In this document: positions 59,349-64,000 of the stretch, piece after piece
Numbering within the stretch: position 1 is the first letter of the stretch
Layout of the letters: every line of letters starts with the position of its first letter
Source of the DNA: Bacteroidota bacterium
GTDB lineage: Bacteria > Bacteroidota > Bacteroidia > Palsa-965
Direction: 5' to 3'
Assembly (NCBI GenBank): GCA_031412295.1
Contig: JANOCU010000031.1
Coordinates: 66,330-130,329, forward strand
DNA: 64,000 nt
The notes under the pieces: generated by a model
The model's input: only the letters and a program-made list of their open reading frames with translations
Told to the model about the DNA's origin: nothing
The model's database searches: none
Made by a program: the position numbers and the translations under genes

Positions 59349-59480
59349 ATGAAAAAGTCATCTAATCACCGCAAAGGTCACGAGTATCACATCGACGGCC
59401 TTGGTACAGTAAGTATTGTTTTAGGAATTGCTTGTGTTGGTTTTATTCTTTACAATGTGTTTCATGTAGTGTTTTCCTGA
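59349..59480 (+). CDS. Unannotated 43-aa single-TM small protein
   Basis: Manual translation MKKSSNHRKGHEYHIDGLGTVSIVLGIACVGFILYNVFHVVFS*; basic/His-rich N-terminus plus ~22-aa hydrophobic helix; below the ORF-track cutoff. Confidence 0.6.
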   Translation: MKKSSNHRKGHEYHIDGLGTVSIVLGIACVGFILYNVFHVVFS

Positions 59481-59608
59481 GTGTGTAAATTTTGTGTGTA
59501 GAGTCCCGTCCGTTTTTCAGGTTGTAAGAGAATAGAAAATGCGGGCGGGACTTCTTAAATCAACATCGACCTCCAGGTTGCAACACGCAGCCGTCTTTAT
59601 AATCACCC

Positions 59609-59643
59609 ATCGCCCCGGAAAACCCCTCGGGGCGATTTTTTTT
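59609..59643 (+). terminator. Rho-independent terminator
   Basis: ATCGCCCCG / CGGGGCGAT followed by a T-run. Confidence 0.85.
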
Positions 59644-59727
59644 AGACATGTTTAATCATGTAAAATGTTGGTTGCGAAAAATTTTATTCGATTCTCTTTC
59701 TTTACAATATTATAAAACTAATATGCT

Positions 59728-61401
59728 ATGAAAAACATTCTACTTTCATTTTCTCTTTTCTTCATCCTGGCTGTTTCATTAAATGCACAGCCATGGGCAA
59801 ATGCAACGCTCGATATTAACCAGGCAGCTGCAATGGTTAATTCCAATGGTGATCTTTTTACAGATTACAATTCACCTCAATTCAACATTCCTAAAGGAAG
59901 CACTACGAATACAATTTTCACCGGCGCACTTTGGATCGGCGGACTTGATGCCGGCGGACAATTAAAAGTAGCTGCGCAAACTTATCGCCAGACAGGAAAT
60001 GATTTTTTTCCAGGGCCAATAATGAATGGGCTAAGTTATTCTACTGCGAATGATGCGCTCTGGAATAAAGTCTGGAAAATAAATCGTTCCACAATTGATA
60101 GTTTTCGTCTCGGATTATTTTCAACTATTCCAAATGAAATTGCAACATGGCCGGGCAATGGAGATGTCGCACAAGGACAAGCCGCGCAGCTTGCAGATTA
60201 TGTAGATGTCGATAATGACCAAATTTATAATCCTGCTGCAGGTGATTATCCGTGCATCAAAGGTGATCAGGCGTTATTCGTAATTTTTAATGATGACAGA
60301 AATGTTCATTCAGAAACCGGCGCAGCAAAACTGAGTGTTGAATTTCACATGATGTTATATGCTTACAGCGCACCGGGCACATGGCTTGATACGACAGTGT
60401 TTCTGAATTATAAAATGTTTAACCGGTCAACTATTTCAGTGAATGATGTTTTCATAGGCTCCTTTATTGATTTTGATATTGGTGCTTTTGATGATGATTA
60501 TGTTGGTTGTGATGTATCCAGAAATATGTTTTATGGTTACAACGGTGATGCAAATGATGGAACATCATCACTACCAACAGTCGGAACGTATGGCGCAAAT
60601 CCTCCTGCACAAGGAATGGTTTTTCTTCGCGGACCAATACCGGATTCACTTGATGGAATAGATAATAACCGTGATGGTATGATAGACGAGGTCGGCGAAG
60701 TTTGCCTGATGAATAGGTTCATTTCCATTAACAATGATTTTACGCAAACAGGAAATCCGCAAAACGCGCAACATTTTTATAATTACCTGGATAGATTCTG
60801 GACAGATGGTTCACCGCTCACGTATGGTGGAAATGGATATGGCGGAAGCCAGGTGGCAGATTTTATGTTCCCGGGCAATACTGATCCTACAGGCTGGGGA
60901 ACAGGAGGCAATCCACAAGTTCCATGGTATGAAAGCACTTTGCCCGGCGATCGCAGAGGCTTTGGATCATCAGGACCATTTACACTTCAACCGAATGCGG
61001 AGATGTGTTTGGATTACGCTTTCGTTTATGGCCGCGGAACTGCTGGTCCTGCATCAAGCGTTGTTGATTTGCAAATGAAAGCCGACAGCGCGCGTGTATT
61101 TTACAATGGAAATTCCCCATGTACATGCGTGACAAACCCACTCGCTGTAAAAGAAAATTCAAATGAATTGCATTTCCAGCTTTATCCGAATCCGGCTTCC
61201 GATAATATTACAATATCCTACAAGCCTGAAAATGGAAACGCAACTTTAGAAATTTATGACGTAACAGGAAAAAGGATTGCAACAGAAATGATTTCCAAAT
61301 CGTCAACAGTTATTGATTTGAAAAATCTTTCCCCGGGAATTTATCTCATTCGGATTGCTGATGGGAAATCTTCAGGAGCTGCGAAAATACTGAAGCAATA
61401 A
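59728..61401 (+). CDS. T9SS-secreted protein of unknown function
   Basis: Signal peptide ..LNAQ; YRQTGNDFFPGP motif; Asp-rich loops DVDNDQ and DGIDNNRDGMIDE; YPNP..GIYLI CTD. Confidence 0.82.
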   Translation: MKNILLSFSLFFILAVSLNAQPWANATLDINQAAAMVNSNGDLFTDYNSPQFNIPKGSTTNTIFTGALWIGGLDAGGQLKVAAQTYRQTGNDFFPGPIMNGLSYSTANDALWNKVWKINRSTIDSFRLGLFSTIPNEIATWPGNGDVAQGQAAQLADYVDVDNDQIYNPAAGDYPCIKGDQALFVIFNDDRNVHSETGAAKLSVEFHMMLYAYSAPGTWLDTTVFLNYKMFNRSTISVNDVFIGSFIDFDIGAFDDDYVGCDVSRNMFYGYNGDANDGTSSLPTVGTYGANPPAQGMVFLRGPIPDSLDGIDNNRDGMIDEVGEVCLMNRFISINNDFTQTGNPQNAQHFYNYLDRFWTDGSPLTYGGNGYGGSQVADFMFPGNTDPTGWGTGGNPQVPWYESTLPGDRRGFGSSGPFTLQPNAEMCLDYAFVYGRGTAGPASSVVDLQMKADSARVFYNGNSPCTCVTNPLAVKENSNELHFQLYPNPASDNITISYKPENGNATLEIYDVTGKRIATEMISKSSTVIDLKNLSPGIYLIRIADGKSSGAAKILKQ

Positions 61402-61420
61402 CTATTGGTTAATCCATTTT

Positions 61421-61460
61421 AAGTCCTGTTCTGAATATTTCGGAGCAGGACTTTTACTTT
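61421..61460 (+). terminator. Rho-independent terminator
   Basis: AAGTCCTGTTCTGAA / TTCGGAGCAGGACTT stem with T-rich tail. Confidence 0.75.
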
Positions 61461-61611
61461 ATATGGCGTGCCGGTTTTTTAATAATAGAAGTTGATTCCC
61501 GGCTTCATCCTTGTTTTAACCGCCTTTATCGAATTGTTTCAACTTCTGTGAAACCTCTTACGTAAAACTTAATGAATTCTCCCCCGGTACCCAATCTATC
61601 AGCAAATCTTC

Positions 61612-61851
61612 ATGGAAAAAGTGATGATTGAAATCAGCATTACAGACAACAGGTTGTTGCTGAATTACGAGCAACTTACAGAAAAATGCTCGTGGAGTAT
61701 TTTTGATCTTTCAGGAATGGAACTTTCTAAAGGGAACTTAGACGGAAAACCACCGCATAAAATTTCTGTAACAGATCTTTCGCCCGGATTGTATCAGCTT
61801 TGTGTCATCGATGGAGATACGCTTCGAAGCACAAAGTTTCGCATTAAGTAA
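61612..61851 (+). CDS. Stand-alone T9SS type-A CTD-like small protein
   Basis: IFDLSG..ISVTDLSPGLYQL..KFRIK matches the CTD pattern; no signal peptide; in-frame stop at 61573. Confidence 0.55.
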   Translation: MEKVMIEISITDNRLLLNYEQLTEKCSWSIFDLSGMELSKGNLDGKPPHKISVTDLSPGLYQLCVIDGDTLRSTKFRIK

Positions 61852-62695
61852 CTTTTCTCGAATAGCAGGATCCTGCAAACGCCCGAAGTTTTTTCACCGC
61901 GATTTCCTTCGCTTCTAAAAATCCCATGTGACCAACACGTTCAAGCGCAACCAGCTTCCCTGTCTTAGGAAGCTCTGCTTGTTTTTGCATCGCTTCGAAT
62001 GGAATAACAATGTCGCGTGTTCCGGCAATAAACAAAACAGGATATTTCGCGAATTTTAAAATGATCTCGCGATTGCGGCGAATCTTCATTCCTTCAATGC
62101 TCGCAACAATTCCCTGCTTTTTTGTTTTTGCAGCCATGCGCCGCACCCAACCGATTTCTTTCTTCATGTATTTCTGGTTGGCAACAGCAAATAAATTTCC
62201 AACCAGCGCATTGGTATATTTCACAGGATTGCGTTTCACCAGTTTTATTCCGCGGTCACGATCCAATTTTTTTTCTGCGCTATCCGGCGAAGCAGAAGAA
62301 TGAAACAAACAAAGTCCGCGCAAATTTTCAGGATAACGCTCAGCAAAAGCAAGCGCAACATATCCACCCATAGAGTGACCTGCAACAATATAACGACGGA
62401 GGTTTAATTCATCCATCACATCTTTCACCACATCCGCCATCAATTCCATCTTCTGCACATACCCAATGCATTCCGATTTTCCATGTCCCGGAAGATCAAT
62501 TGCGATTACACGAAATTTTTTCGCAAGCGCGTTTGCAAATCCATTTCCAAACCACATTTCAAGTGAAAAAGGAAATCCGTGCAACAAAACAATTACTCTT
62601 CCTTTGCCAATATCAGCGTAACGGATTTTTGCTCCGCGGGAAGTGATGAATTTTGTTGGGGGAACTGTTGGTTTGAAGGTGGGTTGTTTTAGCAT
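61844..62695 (-). CDS. Alpha/beta hydrolase
   Basis: LLHGF, IDLPGHG, GHSMGG nucleophile elbow, G.RD, GHMG. Confidence 0.92.
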   Translation of the reverse strand: MLKQPTFKPTVPPTKFITSRGAKIRYADIGKGRVIVLLHGFPFSLEMWFGNGFANALAKKFRVIAIDLPGHGKSECIGYVQKMELMADVVKDVMDELNLRRYIVAGHSMGGYVALAFAERYPENLRGLCLFHSSASPDSAEKKLDRDRGIKLVKRNPVKYTNALVGNLFAVANQKYMKKEIGWVRRMAAKTKKQGIVASIEGMKIRRNREIILKFAKYPVLFIAGTRDIVIPFEAMQKQAELPKTGKLVALERVGHMGFLEAKEIAVKKLRAFAGSCYSRKVT

Positions 62696-62732
62696 GGGCT
62701 ATTGAATTTATAGTTAACGTTAATATTAATTT

Positions 62733-63329
62733 TTATCTGCTTTCTTCGAAACATTTTCTACCGATTGCGCCGCCGCCAAATTCTAAAACAATATTTTCCT
62801 TATAATAGATATAAGTACAACCGTTATTATATTCTTTTTGCATGCTGTCGTTAAGAGGTTGATCGAATACTTTATAAAAATATTTTCCCATTCCACTTCT
62901 CTGGTATCCAATTGTAAAAGGTTCACCACTTTCAATTGAAATACAATTCGCATCATCCAGCTTTTCTTTTAAAGTCAAAAGCGTCTCATTCGTCCACCCA
63001 AGCTTTTGCAATAATGTATCAGCTTTTGGAGAATCAATTTTAATACCCCAATTGCTATCCCAATATCCGTTTTTTTCTACGACATGAAAAATTTCTATCG
63101 TTCCGTCTCTATCAAATTCAATATCGACAGTCATTGAATCAGGCACGATTTTCTTACAGTAATTTTTTAAATCAGCAAGTTCTTTTGTTTTTAAATTATA
63201 ATTATAAATAAGATCTTTTTTAGAATAATGCGAATCAAGCAATCCACCCATTGAGTAAATAAGTACCCCCACATATATTAATACTCCTGTGACTAAAAGT
63301 ATTAATGACCATTTGAGGGTTTTATTCAT
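62733..63329 (-). CDS. Hypothetical membrane-anchored protein
   Basis: 198-aa ORF with N-terminal TM; AT-rich; no recognised motif. Confidence 0.6.
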   Translation of the reverse strand: MNKTLKWSLILLVTGVLIYVGVLIYSMGGLLDSHYSKKDLIYNYNLKTKELADLKNYCKKIVPDSMTVDIEFDRDGTIEIFHVVEKNGYWDSNWGIKIDSPKADTLLQKLGWTNETLLTLKEKLDDANCISIESGEPFTIGYQRSGMGKYFYKVFDQPLNDSMQKEYNNGCTYIYYKENIVLEFGGGAIGRKCFEESR

Positions 63330-63355
63330 GACATTGCTTTAGGGCAATAAATAAT

Positions 63356-63392
63356 TGTCAGACTGAGTAGCGAAGCGTATCGAAGGCTGACA
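63356..63392. repeat. REP-like element (same family as 28984-29059)
   Basis: Reverse complement reads CCTTCGATAC-GCTTCGC-TACTCAGTCTGACA. Confidence 0.6.
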
Positions 63393-63395
63393 ATA

Positions 63396-64000
63396 TTATT
63401 TCTTCATCAGCATTTCAATTTCTTCGGCTTCGATCGGAATATTTTTCATCAGATCCACCGGACCTTTTTTCGTAAGGAGAATATCATTTTCAATGCGCAC
63501 ACCGATTGCTTCTTCCGGAATATAAATTCCCGGCTCACAGGTGTAAACCATTCCTGCTTCAAATTTTCTGTAGCGGCTTCCGACATCATGCACATCCAAT
63601 CCAAGATAATGCGAAGTGCCGTGCATGAAATATTTCTTGTAAGCAGGCAAGTTCGGATTCTGTTTTTTAATATCAGTTTTATTGATCAGGCGAAGCTTCA
63701 GCAATTCTTCTTCCATTGCCGCACCCACTTCACGGTGATAATCTGCAATATTATTTCCAACAACTAATCTTGAAAAAGCAAATCGCATCACACGCAACAC
63801 CGCATTGTAAACATTCTTCTGGCGCGCTGTAAATTTTCCGTTGACAGGAATTGTACGTGTCAAATCGCTGTGATAATTTGCATAACCTGCAGCAAAATCC
63901 ATCAAAATCACATCGCCATTCTGCGCGCGTTTATCATTGATGTTATAATGCAGCACACAAGAATTTTTCCCCGCAGCAATGATCGGCTCATAACCAGCGA
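63396..64000 (-). CDS. pepP: Xaa-Pro aminopeptidase (M24B), 5' part outside the window
   Basis: DF.A..YHSDLTRT, HGTSHYLGLDVHD, EPGIY, GVRIENDI metal-binding motifs. Confidence 0.9.
   Translation of the reverse strand, partial: AGYEPIIAAGKNSCVLHYNINDKRAQNGDVILMDFAAGYANYHSDLTRTIPVNGKFTARQKNVYNAVLRVMRFAFSRLVVGNNIADYHREVGAAMEEELLKLRLINKTDIKKQNPNLPAYKKYFMHGTSHYLGLDVHDVGSRYRKFEAGMVYTCEPGIYIPEEAIGVRIENDILLTKKGPVDLMKNIPIEAEEIEMLMKK

Larger units (their letters stand above)
59010..59643 (+). ncRNA. Candidate long structured (dual-function) RNA downstream of LytTR
   Basis: -7-like TAATATTG at 59002; hairpins at 59079-59117, 59133-59225, 59241-59268, 59280-59302, 59501-59553; terminator 59609-59643. 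Confidence 0.45.

Noticed and set aside
243-64000. Numerous 60-180-aa ORFs antisense or out of frame within long genes
   Set aside because: Shadow ORFs of well-supported CDSs with no motifs; no tRNA or rRNA signature noticed anywhere either

Overview
Bacteroidota-type chromosomal DNA: many proteins end in a T9SS type-A C-terminal domain, TAnnTTTG -7 promoter boxes recur, and the RprX/RprY, long PurF, DUF3078 and DUF5686 families are present. Housekeeping content includes panD, rfaE2, queA, mscL, kynurenine-pathway 3-HAO and ACMSD, purF, a full suf operon, thiL and a partial aminopeptidase P. These are interspersed with eight full-length T9SS cargo proteins (one with a lysyl-oxidase domain), two two-component systems and a RelE/ParE toxin-antitoxin pair. 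I saw no rRNA, tRNA, CRISPR array, transposase or phage genes. Best candidates for something undescribed: (1) a translationally coupled ECF sigma / tiny soluble anti-sigma-like / divergent ClpP operon (21060-22516); (2) an approximately 630-nt, hairpin-rich candidate transcript next to a LytS/LytTR system that encodes only an unannotated 43-aa membrane peptide (about 59010-59643), and shares a GGGGATGTTG hairpin apex with a second structured region beside a TPR-like protein; (3) intergenic inverted arrays of 7-8-bp tandem units whose architecture is conserved but whose sequence is not; (4) short palindromes apparently inserted in frame in sufE and the ACMSD gene. All family calls come from motif recognition by eye; no database searches were run.
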